Part shown: positions 1-9,526 of the stretch, in pieces
Numbering within the stretch: the first letter of the stretch is position 1
Layout: every line of letters starts with the position of its first letter
Position numbers and translations under genes: made by a program
Notes under the pieces: generated by a model
Databases searched by the model: none
The model's input: the letters and a program-made list of their open reading frames with translations, nothing else
Told to the model about the DNA's origin: nothing
Assembly (NCBI GenBank): GCA_017439545.1
Contig: JAFSIW010000048.1
Coordinates: 33,244-97,243 of the forward strand
Length of the DNA stretch: 64,000 bases
From: Clostridia bacterium
Lineage (GTDB): Bacteria > Bacillota > Clostridia > Oscillospirales > Acutalibacteraceae
Reading direction: 5' to 3'

Positions 1-233
1 TCCATAATCACCCGTACCCAGCAGGTTACGTTACCGGTGTTCTTTACCGACAACTGATTGGGCAAAACGTGGTTTTCAAACTGTACCACCTCGGCGCTGA
101 CCACCGCGCCCTGCAGGGTGGTTTGATCGCCCCCGTTAGGATTGTGCACCAAATACGCCATGGATCCGTTCATGGGGATCATCATAGCCACAATACAAAC
201 CATACAGACCAAAATTTTCAGTTTTGTTTTCAT
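1..233 (-). CDS. Secreted TasA/camelysin-like protein with SipW-type signal peptide (5' part only; the gene continues left of the window)
   Basis: Not in the ORF track because it is open at the window edge. My translation from ATG 233 reads MKTKLKILVCMVCIVAMMIPMNGSMAYLVHNPNGGDQTTLQGAVVSAEVVQFENHVLPNQLSVKNTGNVTCWVRVIM... An AAAGGA RBS lies upstream. It has the same AYL[VI]H ... N-x-GN ... [WY]VRV layout as the 252-aa ORF at 13193-13951. Confidence 0.6.
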   Translation of the reverse strand, partial: MKTKLKILVCMVCIVAMMIPMNGSMAYLVHNPNGGDQTTLQGAVVSAEVVQFENHVLPNQLSVKNTGNVTCWVRVIM

Positions 234-269
234 ACTGTCACATCCTTTGGTCAAGGTAATGGAGAAAGC

Positions 270-1442
270 CTAAGGTGTATAAGTAAACCGACGGGTAGAA
301 CTGAGATATTTTGTATTGGTACGGTTAAACGTTCCCCCGTACGCACCGCCGGTGCCATCTACGGCATCGGTAATGTTGTAGGTACCGGTAAAACGCCACG
401 GCCAGAAGCCAAGTGATTTGAGATCAAAGGTTCCATATCGCAAATACACAATAAAGGTTGAACGGGAATCTTTATAATAGGGCCACCGAAGCTTGTTGTA
501 GGCGTTGTAAGCGTTTTTGCCGGTATATTGGTACATAATCGCCTGTTGTCCGTCAAGACCGTTGTTATTGATGGCACCGCCCACCTGAATGTTATCGCTG
601 GGGTTATACATCATAAACTTACCCAAAATGATAGCGGGAGATGAGGTATTTTGCACCGAACCACTGGTACCCAATGAATTAAAGCGAATTACCATCTTCT
701 TTACACTTTTTAAAGTGCCGAACTTACCTTCGGCAGCAGACACGGGAAAGGTGTAATAATGGGCGGTATTGATCTTCCCATCTGCATCCGGGTCCAGATT
801 CTTCAGATCTACCGGCCAGTTCCAACCGTCCACCGAGTAATCAGAATCATCCCCGATCAGATTAAACCACAATCTGCCGCGGTTGTTTGCGATGGCAGCA
901 TCAGAAGAGTATTGAGAGGTTGTCCCGGAGTCGGTGATCCAAAACTGCAGATAAATGTGGGACATAGTGGACAGATCCATAGCTGTAGGCCAGGTGATGT
1001 AAGTGTCATAGCCCCAGCCGTTAGCGTGAACTTCACTGGTAATTTTAAAAGCTTGTTCAATATGGGCGCCACGGTTGTTACCCCAAACGTCTAACAGCGC
1101 TTTTTCGGCAGCAGTGGCTGAGGAATAATTAATCAGGGTTAAGTAACCGCCACCCACTTCAATATTCGCTGTACAGTTATGGAGCTGACCACCGTAGGTC
1201 AGTCCGGGACCGGCCTCAAAGCCGGAGCTGGCATTGTTGCTGACAGCGGGGAATACCGCCGTTTGCGCCAAGGGTTGGGTAATCAAAATTTTATCATGGC
1301 AGGTACGGGTAAAGTTGATATGGCCCGAATCGCTATAAAGGGCTGATGCTGTGAGAATCTGATCATCGGCAGGCAGGTAAACACACGCCGTTACCGTTAG
1401 TACCAGACACATAAAAAATATAAAACCGCGTTTTAAAGCCAT
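270..1442 (-). CDS. Secreted protein of unknown function with a CBM-like domain (paralogue of 13964-15343)
   Basis: ORF track 270-1457. I prefer ATG 1442 (MALKRGFIFFMCLVLTVTACVY...), which has a GGGAGG RBS about 7 nt upstream; the track start is TTG. It has a hydrophobic signal peptide. It shares the blocks DL..[ST]H[IL]Y[IL].FW[IL], D.D.DGKINT and a later [VI]..[IM].[IF]R[FY] block with the 459-aa ORF. Confidence 0.7.
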   Translation of the reverse strand: MALKRGFIFFMCLVLTVTACVYLPADDQILTASALYSDSGHINFTRTCHDKILITQPLAQTAVFPAVSNNASSGFEAGPGLTYGGQLHNCTANIEVGGGYLTLINYSSATAAEKALLDVWGNNRGAHIEQAFKITSEVHANGWGYDTYITWPTAMDLSTMSHIYLQFWITDSGTTSQYSSDAAIANNRGRLWFNLIGDDSDYSVDGWNWPVDLKNLDPDADGKINTAHYYTFPVSAAEGKFGTLKSVKKMVIRFNSLGTSGSVQNTSSPAIILGKFMMYNPSDNIQVGGAINNNGLDGQQAIMYQYTGKNAYNAYNKLRWPYYKDSRSTFIVYLRYGTFDLKSLGFWPWRFTGTYNITDAVDGTGGAYGGTFNRTNTKYLSSTRRFTYTP

Positions 1443-1559
1443 ACTAATACCTCCCAACGGATAATATAATCTATCTTATTTTAACATATCATAATGCAAT
1501 ATGCAACCCCCAAAAACAAAAAATCCCTGTCAGAAAATTCTGACAGGGATTAAAACGGT

Positions 1560-4220
1560 TTATTTACGGTTGGCTTCGCATTTTTCAATCAGCGAAGCAA
1601 CGTATTCAGGCTCAAAGCTTTGTACACCCATGGCTTTGGATACCGCCGCTTTGGCGTCTACGGTATTGGCTTCTTGCCAGGCTTTGCCTTCGGGCGTATT
1701 CAGGGCTTCTTGCAGTTTTTGATAGAAGAACTTCATTTCTTTTTGCTGTACAGTGGTTACGTAACCGTCGCACAGATAGTCTTCCCACAATACGCCGGGA
1801 ATACCGCCGTTTTCATAGGTGGCTTTGAACCAGCCAAACAGGGAGATCACCGTGCTGATGTAAGCGCCGCGATTGGCTTTGTCGCCCAGATTGTACCGCA
1901 TGGAGTAGTCCTGTCCGTAGTGGGGGTTGATGGCCACGTCACGCATACGGTCGGCTTGGATCATATGCATAGGCATAATGCCCATTTCCATAGAACGACG
2001 GGTCAGATCGGCTACCTCTTCGGGAGAATAAGGCAGGGTGCAGTAGTCGGAATGAACCGAAATCAAGCCGGTTTCGGCCATGGGACGAGGCATTGCGGCC
2101 ACACGACGTTGGGAATAGTACACGTGACGATACCGTTGGTTGCCCGAATTGTAGGGAACCTCGGCGGTCCAGTTGCCACCCTCGGTACGCATACCTACCG
2201 TGCCATCAAACAGGTCTTTATTCATATCACGAATGGTGAAGTAGTTGTGCATACGGGAAGCGGTACGGAATACGTCCAGATCCTCCAACGCACGGCACCA
2301 TTCGGTGAATACCGCATCTTCGGTGGTGTAAGAGGGTTGACCGTGGTCAATAAAGGTGCCTTCTTCGGGATCGATGGCTTCAAAACTATCGTAATCGGTG
2401 CCCCAAACCGCATTCACATCTTCAATGGTACCGTATTTTTCTTTCACGAAATCACGGAACTGTTCTTTGGTTTGCGCATCCATATGATGGCGGTTTTGAA
2501 TGTCAATACGGTGCCAACCACGGGTATCTTCGGCTACCACAAGCACTTTACCGTCGCCCATTACGTAGTAGTTGTCGCCCCAGCGCTTGAACTGATAGCC
2601 GGTCTTGACACCGTTGGCTTCGGCAAGCAGAGGATCGTCTACGCTGGTGATCTTTTTGGGATCGAATTTTTCATCACCGGTGATCCAGCGGGCCTTGGCT
2701 ACGTTGGCAGCGGAATCATAGGGATAGGTGATCCAACCTTCCAGCTTCATGCCCATTTGCTTAATGGCTTCACACATAAACCAGTGAGCATCGGTATTGT
2801 GGTTGGAGACGGGCGGCGTATCGCGGGTGATGAACTCATCGTCAGCAGGGGTCATCACGGTTTCGAAAGCGGCAGTGGTAGAGATCAGGTTGACACCGCA
2901 ATCCCGCATATCCATCAATTCGTTCAGCAAGGTCTGATCGGCTTCGGGTCCCAAAGCAACGTGCACACGCATGTCACACATAGATTGGGCAATGATGGCA
3001 GGTTGACGCTTGCCGTCTTTGTCAATAATATAGTTCTTGTGTTCGGTATCCAGCTTGATCTTAATGGAATCGGTTTCTACCTTAACAGGAATGGTGATCG
3101 CAACCTGATTCATGGCGTTGCCGCTCATCAGTTTCAAGGTAATGCAGTTGGTCCAGGGAGCGCATTGGAGATACATCACCTGTTTGCCGGTGCGAATGGG
3201 ATCAATTTCAAAAGGATTCAGCCAGCTGTCGAACGAAGTAAGGAACTCTTCATAGGTATGCAACCAAGTGTTCCGTTGGGTTTCTGCTTTGTAGGTATAA
3301 GTGATTGCATTGGGATCAACCTGACGGAAGGTATCTTCAATATCAAATTCAAAATAGGCAGTTTCGTAAGTGCGACCGCCCCAAATATTGGTAACAAAGT
3401 TTTCGGGGTTGGCGGTTTCGTTACGCACCAGGCAGTTGATGATCACACGGTATTTGCCCACACCGATGTTTTCGGCATGGTCAAAGCTGACGTACATATC
3501 CCCTTCTTCACCGGGATACAAATCGTCCAGCAAGCGAATGAACAGGTTGTTTTGGGCACGATGATGTACCCAATTGCCGTTTTCATCCAATTTTTGCAGG
3601 ATGGGCTCAAAGCAGAAGGTACCGTTGCCGTTCACACTCAAAATGGTGTCACCGGTGTTTTTGTAATGGAATTTCAGCCAGAAATAATCCGAATTGGGCA
3701 AAACACCGCTGTTTATCAGTTCAGAAGCATCAAAATGAGGATACTTGGTAGCCTTACGGTCGTTTACAAAGTTGCCGTGATGCAAAGCACGACGCTCGGT
3801 GTGATTTTCGGCAGTCACGTAGCCCAAATAGTCAAAATCCACCTTGATGGTGCCGGGCAAAATGTTGCTGTAAAACTCTTTGCCTTGTTTGCGGTTCATA
3901 TCTTCCAGACCGGTGGCCAAGAAATGCAGTGTGTCGTAAGTGACACGGCTTTCCCGTCCCACGCAGCTGGGGTTATAGAACGAATACTCAATGGGCACCA
4001 TATCGTATGCGGTAAACTCGGTAGGCAAATTGAAATATACAATGCTACCGCTGGGAATTTCCAATTTCCCTTCATATTTCGGGGCATTGGCATAGGATTT
4101 ATATTCGGTCTTCAGTCGATCACGGGACAGGGGGTTATAGATCATCCCACGGTCATTGTGAATCTGATACGCATCCGAAACATCGGTGCGGGGGGTGTCG
4201 GTAAGACGCTTGGTTGACAT
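1560..4220 (-). CDS. Large cytoplasmic protein of unknown function, possibly glycoside-hydrolase-like
   Basis: ORF track 1560-4301. ATG 4220 (MSTKRLTD...) follows a GGAGGAG RBS, and the residues upstream look like read-in. No signal peptide. The segment AVWGTDYDSFEAIDPEEG weakly resembles GH42-type enzymes, but I cannot assign a family. Confidence 0.55.
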   Translation of the reverse strand: MSTKRLTDTPRTDVSDAYQIHNDRGMIYNPLSRDRLKTEYKSYANAPKYEGKLEIPSGSIVYFNLPTEFTAYDMVPIEYSFYNPSCVGRESRVTYDTLHFLATGLEDMNRKQGKEFYSNILPGTIKVDFDYLGYVTAENHTERRALHHGNFVNDRKATKYPHFDASELINSGVLPNSDYFWLKFHYKNTGDTILSVNGNGTFCFEPILQKLDENGNWVHHRAQNNLFIRLLDDLYPGEEGDMYVSFDHAENIGVGKYRVIINCLVRNETANPENFVTNIWGGRTYETAYFEFDIEDTFRQVDPNAITYTYKAETQRNTWLHTYEEFLTSFDSWLNPFEIDPIRTGKQVMYLQCAPWTNCITLKLMSGNAMNQVAITIPVKVETDSIKIKLDTEHKNYIIDKDGKRQPAIIAQSMCDMRVHVALGPEADQTLLNELMDMRDCGVNLISTTAAFETVMTPADDEFITRDTPPVSNHNTDAHWFMCEAIKQMGMKLEGWITYPYDSAANVAKARWITGDEKFDPKKITSVDDPLLAEANGVKTGYQFKRWGDNYYVMGDGKVLVVAEDTRGWHRIDIQNRHHMDAQTKEQFRDFVKEKYGTIEDVNAVWGTDYDSFEAIDPEEGTFIDHGQPSYTTEDAVFTEWCRALEDLDVFRTASRMHNYFTIRDMNKDLFDGTVGMRTEGGNWTAEVPYNSGNQRYRHVYYSQRRVAAMPRPMAETGLISVHSDYCTLPYSPEEVADLTRRSMEMGIMPMHMIQADRMRDVAINPHYGQDYSMRYNLGDKANRGAYISTVISLFGWFKATYENGGIPGVLWEDYLCDGYVTTVQQKEMKFFYQKLQEALNTPEGKAWQEANTVDAKAAVSKAMGVQSFEPEYVASLIEKCEANRK

Positions 4221-4293
4221 AAGGATCTCCTCCTCTAATTCACACAATATAGTGTGTATTTCATTTGCAATGTACCATACTATGGTAAAAAAG

Positions 4294-5145
4294 TCAATCA
4301 AAATTCGGTAATTCTGACGGATTTTTTATTGTAATTCGCTTTTTTGTCAAGGGATGCACAAATCCCAACTCAAAACAGGTCAAACGGAAGATTTTGCCCG
4401 CTCGCTCCTGCCCGTATAAAAAGTCATCGGTTAACGGACAACCAATAGACGCCATATGCACACGGATCTGATGGGTACGGCCGGTGACCGGTTTGGCTTT
4501 CACAAGAGCTTGTCCGTTTTTCACTGCCACCGTTTCATATAACGTCAGGGCAGGTCTGCCGTCCTCCCGCACCCTACGGGTAATGACACTCCCCTCTGCC
4601 CTGCCGATGGGTCGGTCCACCGAGCCTACGGGGGGATGGGGGATACCGCTTGTGATGGCGTAATAGGTTTTTTCGATTTGCCCCTCTTTTGCCTGACGGC
4701 AAAGGTCTGCCGCCGCCACGGGGTTTTTGGCAAACAGGGTCAAGCCTCCCGTATAGCGATCCAATCGGGTAATGGGATGGGCGGTGTAAGGGGTGTTTTG
4801 CAAATAATAGGTGAGCCCGTTTATCAGCGTATCTTCACGGTGTCCTGCCGACGGATGGGTGGGCATCCCCGACGGCTTATTGACCACCAGCAGCCAATCG
4901 TCTTCACAAACAATTTCCAAATCCATAGCCACGGGGCGCACGTTTGAAGGGGGTTCGGGCAAGGTGAGGGTAACCATCTGCCCTGCTGTCAGCCGATGCC
5001 GCACCGTAACCGAGTGACCGTCGATGCAAATCCCATCGGAATGCTTCAAACGGCGGATCATGGTGGCAGAAAGCCCTAAGTGTCGCAACAGACACAGCAG
5101 TTCCTTGCCATCAAATTCCGCCGACACGGGATAGGTCAGTTGCAC
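4294..5145 (-). CDS. RluA-family 23S rRNA/tRNA pseudouridine synthase (RluD-like, with N-terminal S4-like domain)
   Basis: Motifs HPITRLDRYTGGLTLFAKN, KTYYAI and GRTHQIRVHMASIGCPL are typical of the RluA family. The GTG start at 5145 follows an AAAGGGGGA RBS. Confidence 0.85.
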   Translation of the reverse strand: MQLTYPVSAEFDGKELLCLLRHLGLSATMIRRLKHSDGICIDGHSVTVRHRLTAGQMVTLTLPEPPSNVRPVAMDLEIVCEDDWLLVVNKPSGMPTHPSAGHREDTLINGLTYYLQNTPYTAHPITRLDRYTGGLTLFAKNPVAAADLCRQAKEGQIEKTYYAITSGIPHPPVGSVDRPIGRAEGSVITRRVREDGRPALTLYETVAVKNGQALVKAKPVTGRTHQIRVHMASIGCPLTDDFLYGQERAGKIFRLTCFELGFVHPLTKKRITIKNPSELPNFD

Positions 5146-5290
5146 GAGAATCCCCCTTTCTTACAGAATGGTTTCAGTATAACGGGAAAAGCGCAGACTT
5201 GTCAACCCATCAAAAGTCTCCTCTTGTAATTTCCTTTCTTTTTTGATATGATAAGTGTGTATTTCCATACGCAGTAAAAAGGAGCCGCTT

Positions 5291-5908
5291 ATGAATATTG
5301 TTTTAGCATCTGCTTCCCCCCGCAGAAAAGAGATCTTACAAAACTTAGGATTAGACTTTACCTGTCTGAGTCCCGATACAGATGAACAGACCGATCTGAT
5401 CACCGCCGACCGCGTGGTAAAGGAGCTGTCGCTTCGCAAGGCGCAGGCCGCCGAAAAGCTGTTGCAGGCCGAAGGGGCGGATCTGACCGACACCCTGATT
5501 ATTGCCGCCGATACCGCGGTGGTGTGCGATCTTGCCATATTGGGCAAGCCCAGATCCGTTAAGCAAGCCACCGAGATGCTGCAACGTCTGAGCGGACGCA
5601 CCCATTTTGTTACCACAGGCGTCACCCTGCTGTATCACGGGCAGACGGTGACCGAAAATGAACTGACCAAGCTACGGTTTGCCACGCTGACCAAGGAGCA
5701 GATCGACGAGTACGTTGCCACCAAAGAGCCTATGGACAAAGCAGGCTCGTACGGAATCCAAGGGATGGCCTCCTCCTTTATCGAAGGTATTGAGGGGGAC
5801 TATTTTAACGTGGTGGGATTCCCCGTTTTTCGTTTTTGTCAGATGCTTCTTCCCTTAGGTCTGCATTACGTGGCAGGCAAAGGAATACTACCGCTTGCAT
5901 CCCAATAA
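5291..5908 (+). CDS. maf: Maf-like nucleoside triphosphate pyrophosphatase / septum formation protein
   Basis: MNIVLASASPRRKEILQNLGLDF... and KAGSYGIQG are Maf signatures. ATG 5291 follows a GGAG RBS. The track start at 5255 adds an unlikely 12 aa. Confidence 0.88.
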   Translation: MNIVLASASPRRKEILQNLGLDFTCLSPDTDEQTDLITADRVVKELSLRKAQAAEKLLQAEGADLTDTLIIAADTAVVCDLAILGKPRSVKQATEMLQRLSGRTHFVTTGVTLLYHGQTVTENELTKLRFATLTKEQIDEYVATKEPMDKAGSYGIQGMASSFIEGIEGDYFNVVGFPVFRFCQMLLPLGLHYVAGKGILPLASQ

Positions 5909-5950
5909 CACAAACAGCAAAGCCGAACCGCAACAGCAGTTCGGCTTTTT

Positions 5951-6847
5951 TTATATCAGTTTGGTCATAATCAGCCCATCATCAGGCGGGTCACGGTAAA
6001 AGCCTTTGCGGCGCCCGCACACCTGATATCCGTTTTTGTAATACAGCCGCTGTGCCGTCAGGTTTTTGCTTCGCACCTCCAGCGTAATGCTTTCAACGCG
6101 GTGCGCACGGCAATGCTCCTCTAACTGAGCCAGTACCCGCTCGCCCAAGCCCTGCTTGCGATACCGAGGATCCACTGCAATATTATTGATGGTCGCCTGC
6201 CCCAGCACGTGCCACAAGGAGCCGTATGCCAGCAATCTTTCTTGATAAAACAAGCCGTAAAAGCAAGCGTCCTCTTTAGCCAACTCCTCAGCAATAGACT
6301 GCTCAGTCCACGGGTGAGAAAAGCAAAGTTCCTCCAGCCGCCGCACCTGCGGTACGTCTTTTTCGGTTACAAGTCGAGCCACAATGGCTTCTTGCAATTT
6401 CCGTTCTTCCCGTTGCATGGTCATCATTTTTCGCAGCAGCCGTCGGCAGTAGTCCAGCACCTCATCTCGGGCGAGGCGATATTCCTCCACCGAAGGTCGG
6501 TAAGCATGATTCAATTTCATTTGCTTGCCCACGTTGGTCAGATCGCGATCTACGTATTGCCGCAAGCCGCGGAACACCATTTCGTTTTGGGGAATGAGCC
6601 AATCTGCCCACTGCACCAGTTCCTCCGACACAAGGGTTGCCCGATGAGCAGACAGGTCAATGCCCATCTCTCCTGCCACGGTTTGCAGCTGGGGCGAGCA
6701 AACCTGTCCCTCCACCGCAAAAAAGCCGCAGGAACGCACCTCAATATCGTCCCATCCCTTTTGGCGGAACAAGCAACGCAACACCCCCACGCAAAGGGGC
6801 AGATACACCAGATCCTCCGTACCTACCAACAAAATCCGTTTTTTCAT
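5951..6847 (-). CDS. rimI: Ribosomal-protein-alanine N-acetyltransferase (RimI, GNAT) fused to an N-terminal degenerate LMW-phosphatase-like domain
   Basis: The C-terminal half is GNAT/RimI-like: NIAVDPRYRKQGLGERVL, ITLEVRSKNLTAQRLYYKNGYQ. The N-terminal ~140 aa look like an LMW-PTP/ArsC fold (MKKRILLVGTEDLVYLP..., GIDLSAHRATLV) but lack the C-x5-R loop. Confidence 0.75.
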   Translation of the reverse strand: MKKRILLVGTEDLVYLPLCVGVLRCLFRQKGWDDIEVRSCGFFAVEGQVCSPQLQTVAGEMGIDLSAHRATLVSEELVQWADWLIPQNEMVFRGLRQYVDRDLTNVGKQMKLNHAYRPSVEEYRLARDEVLDYCRRLLRKMMTMQREERKLQEAIVARLVTEKDVPQVRRLEELCFSHPWTEQSIAEELAKEDACFYGLFYQERLLAYGSLWHVLGQATINNIAVDPRYRKQGLGERVLAQLEEHCRAHRVESITLEVRSKNLTAQRLYYKNGYQVCGRRKGFYRDPPDDGLIMTKLI

Positions 6848-6855
6848 AGATTCCC

Positions 6856-9402
6856 TTACCCTTTCGCATCAAACCAGGTCTTGCCGATGTGGGCATCCAC
6901 CTGCATGGCCACCTTCAACGAAACCGCCTGCTCCATTTCTTCGGTCAGAATGCGCTTTACACGGTCGGCTTCGGCCTCGGGGGCTTCTACGATCAGTTCG
7001 TCGTGCACCTGCAGAATCAACTTGGCTTGCAGGTTTTCTTGTTGCAGGCGATCGGCCACCCGAATCATGGCCACCTTAATAATATCGGCAGACGTACCCT
7101 GAACCGGCATATTCCGTGCCACCCGCTCGCCAAAGGAACGGGTAACGGCATTGGATGCTTTCAGTTCGGGCAACCACCGACGACGCCCCATAAGAGTAGC
7201 AACGTAGCCGTCTTCTTTGGCGGTCTCCACCACCTGCTTCATATAGTCTGCCACCCCGTGATAGGTGGTCATATAACTGTTAATATACTGTTTGGCTTCC
7301 CCAAAGGAAATATTCAGATCCTGAGATAAGGAGTACGGTCCGATGCCGTACACGATGCCGAAGTTCACCGCCTTGGCGCGGGAGCGCAGCAAGGGGGTAA
7401 CCAATTCGGGCGGCAAACCCGAAATTTTGGCGGCGGTGGCGGTATGAATGTCTCCCCCGCTTGCAAAGGTTTGAATCATGGCCTCGTCGTTTGCCATATG
7501 AGCCAGCACCCGCAGTTCGATTTGGGAATAGTCGGCATCGATCAGTACCTTGCCCTCCCCTGCGGTGAAAAAGCGGCGCAGTTCTCTTCCGTTTTCTCGC
7601 CGTACGGGAATGTTTTGCAAATTGGGCTCGGAGGAGCTGATGCGTCCCGTGCGGGTTTCGGTCTGGTTAAAGGTAGTGTGCACCCGATCGTCGTCGGTAC
7701 GCACCGCCAAAAGACCGTCCACATAGGTAGATTTCAGTTTGGCGAGCTGACGGTATTCCAACAGCTGTGCCACCGCAGGATGCTGATATTTCAATTCTTC
7801 CAACACTTCGGCATTGGTGGAATAGCCGCTTTTGGTCTTCTTTTTGGCAGGCAGACCCAATTTTACAAACAAAGCCTCTCCCAACTGTTTGGGAGAATTG
7901 AGGTTGAATTCATAGCCAACCGAATCGTAAATGCTTTGCATAAGAGTGGCAATTTGTTCATCTAAAACCTTACCGTAGGCGGTCAAAGCATCCCAATCCA
8001 CCAAAAAGCCTTCAGTTTCCATATCGTTTAACACGCGAGACAGAGGGATTTCTACCTGAGTGAGCAACTCCGCTTGTCCTTCGGCTTGCAGTTTTTCCTG
8101 CAAAATGCGACACAAGGCGGGGAAAGCCACCACGTTTGCCACCAATTCGGCAACCTCTTGTGGGGTAGCCTCTACACTTCCTACGGCACCGTATTCGGTA
8201 ATCAGACGAGCAACCCCGTAATCAGAAGCAGAGGGATTGCACAAATAAGCCGCAAGGGCGGTATCAAAAACAGGATTGGCAATTCCAAAGCCTCGGTGAT
8301 ACCAGGCTTTTAAATCGTGGGTATAAACGGGGGCGCCGCTGTCGAGCAGGCTCTTGGTTGCGGCATCATCCGACCAAATATAAACGGCGTTTTCTACCAC
8401 GGCGGCCACTGCACTGTCCCCTGCCAGCAGGTACACCGCCTCATCGGCTTTCGGCGTGGGTACACTGCCAAAGGGTTGACAAGTAAGCGCAGGCGTTGCC
8501 TTATGTTGTTCCGGCTCTGCCGCCACAGGTTGGGCTTGCAGATTGAACCGTTCTATGATCTTAAACAATTCCAACCGTGCCAATTTGCCGGCCAGCGCGG
8601 CATCATCGGTGGGTGCGTTCAGCAATTGCTCCACCGTTACGTTCAAGGGCATATCGCAACAGATCTTGCCCAACTCGTAACTAAGCAGGGCGTTATCTTT
8701 ATCGGCAATCAGTTTATTTCGCAGGGTATCCCGAATTTCGGGAGAATCAATATTTTCATACAGATTTTGCACACTTCCGAATTGGGCGATCAAAGAAAGG
8801 GCGGTTTTCTCCCCTACCCCTGCTACACCGGGGATGTTATCGGAGGGATCTCCCTGCAAGGCTTTTACGTCGATGAGCTGAGACGGCGTAACCCCCTTAT
8901 CTTCCCGTATCAATTCGGGCGTATATTCGGTCAGATGGGGTTGCCCTGCCTTGGTAGCAGCGAGCAACACGTGAGTGTGTTCGCTCACCAGTTGCAGGCT
9001 GTCACGGTCTCCCGTAGCCAGCACGCAATCCACGCCTGCGACCACACAGTTAGCGGCAAGCGTACCTAAAATATCGTCAGCTTCATAACCTTCCTGCTCC
9101 AACACGGTGACACCCATCAAAGGCAACAGTTCCTTGAGCAGGGGCATTTGCATAGCAAGTTCATCAGGCATTCCCTTGCGGCCCGCTTTATACCCATCAT
9201 ACATTTTATGGCGAAAGGTGGGGGCTTTTAGGTCAAACGCGGCGGCAATGCCGTCGGGATGCACCTGCTCCTTTAATTTCAGCAGAATATTCAAAAAACC
9301 GTAAATGCCGTTGGTAAACACCCCGTCCTTGGTGGTCAGGGCACGAATCCCGTAAAAGGCACGGTTGATAATGCTATTTCCGTCTAAAACCAAGAGTTTC
9401 AT
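6856..9402 (-). CDS. polA: DNA polymerase I
   Basis: 848 aa. It has a 5'-nuclease N-terminus (MKLLVLDGNSIINRAFYG). Polymerase motifs are DYSQIELRVLAH, RSRAKAVNFGIVYG and QVHDELIVE. Confidence 0.95.
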   Translation of the reverse strand: MKLLVLDGNSIINRAFYGIRALTTKDGVFTNGIYGFLNILLKLKEQVHPDGIAAAFDLKAPTFRHKMYDGYKAGRKGMPDELAMQMPLLKELLPLMGVTVLEQEGYEADDILGTLAANCVVAGVDCVLATGDRDSLQLVSEHTHVLLAATKAGQPHLTEYTPELIREDKGVTPSQLIDVKALQGDPSDNIPGVAGVGEKTALSLIAQFGSVQNLYENIDSPEIRDTLRNKLIADKDNALLSYELGKICCDMPLNVTVEQLLNAPTDDAALAGKLARLELFKIIERFNLQAQPVAAEPEQHKATPALTCQPFGSVPTPKADEAVYLLAGDSAVAAVVENAVYIWSDDAATKSLLDSGAPVYTHDLKAWYHRGFGIANPVFDTALAAYLCNPSASDYGVARLITEYGAVGSVEATPQEVAELVANVVAFPALCRILQEKLQAEGQAELLTQVEIPLSRVLNDMETEGFLVDWDALTAYGKVLDEQIATLMQSIYDSVGYEFNLNSPKQLGEALFVKLGLPAKKKTKSGYSTNAEVLEELKYQHPAVAQLLEYRQLAKLKSTYVDGLLAVRTDDDRVHTTFNQTETRTGRISSSEPNLQNIPVRRENGRELRRFFTAGEGKVLIDADYSQIELRVLAHMANDEAMIQTFASGGDIHTATAAKISGLPPELVTPLLRSRAKAVNFGIVYGIGPYSLSQDLNISFGEAKQYINSYMTTYHGVADYMKQVVETAKEDGYVATLMGRRRWLPELKASNAVTRSFGERVARNMPVQGTSADIIKVAMIRVADRLQQENLQAKLILQVHDELIVEAPEAEADRVKRILTEEMEQAVSLKVAMQVDAHIGKTWFDAKG

Positions 9403-9526
9403 AACTCACACTCCTCTATCAAGAGTAGTATACCACACAATCCCTTTGATTGCTATCTTTTTTTATAATTGATTTTCCAACCGTTTCGTGCTATACTGTT
9501 AAAAAATCAGAAATCGAGTTTAACGT

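Noticed and set aside
1620-4217. An 865-aa + strand ORF covering almost the whole 886-aa minus-strand gene.
   Set aside because: It is codon-aligned with the sense gene. Its stop at 4215-4217 is the complement of the sense TCA codon 2, so it stays open only because the sense strand avoids TTA, CTA and TCA codons. Its product is low-complexity (rich in G, V, H, I and F), and there is no RBS. The sense frame has a strong RBS and a plausible composition.
4221-4301. N-terminal extensions in the ORF track, such as 4221-4301, 47881-47961, 16822-16977, 30298-30441 and 24123-24203.
   Set aside because: In each case an internal ATG or GTG with a properly spaced GGAGG-like RBS gives the canonical protein N-terminus. 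The extension either overlaps a neighbouring gene, promoter or terminator, or starts at a rare TTG with no RBS.
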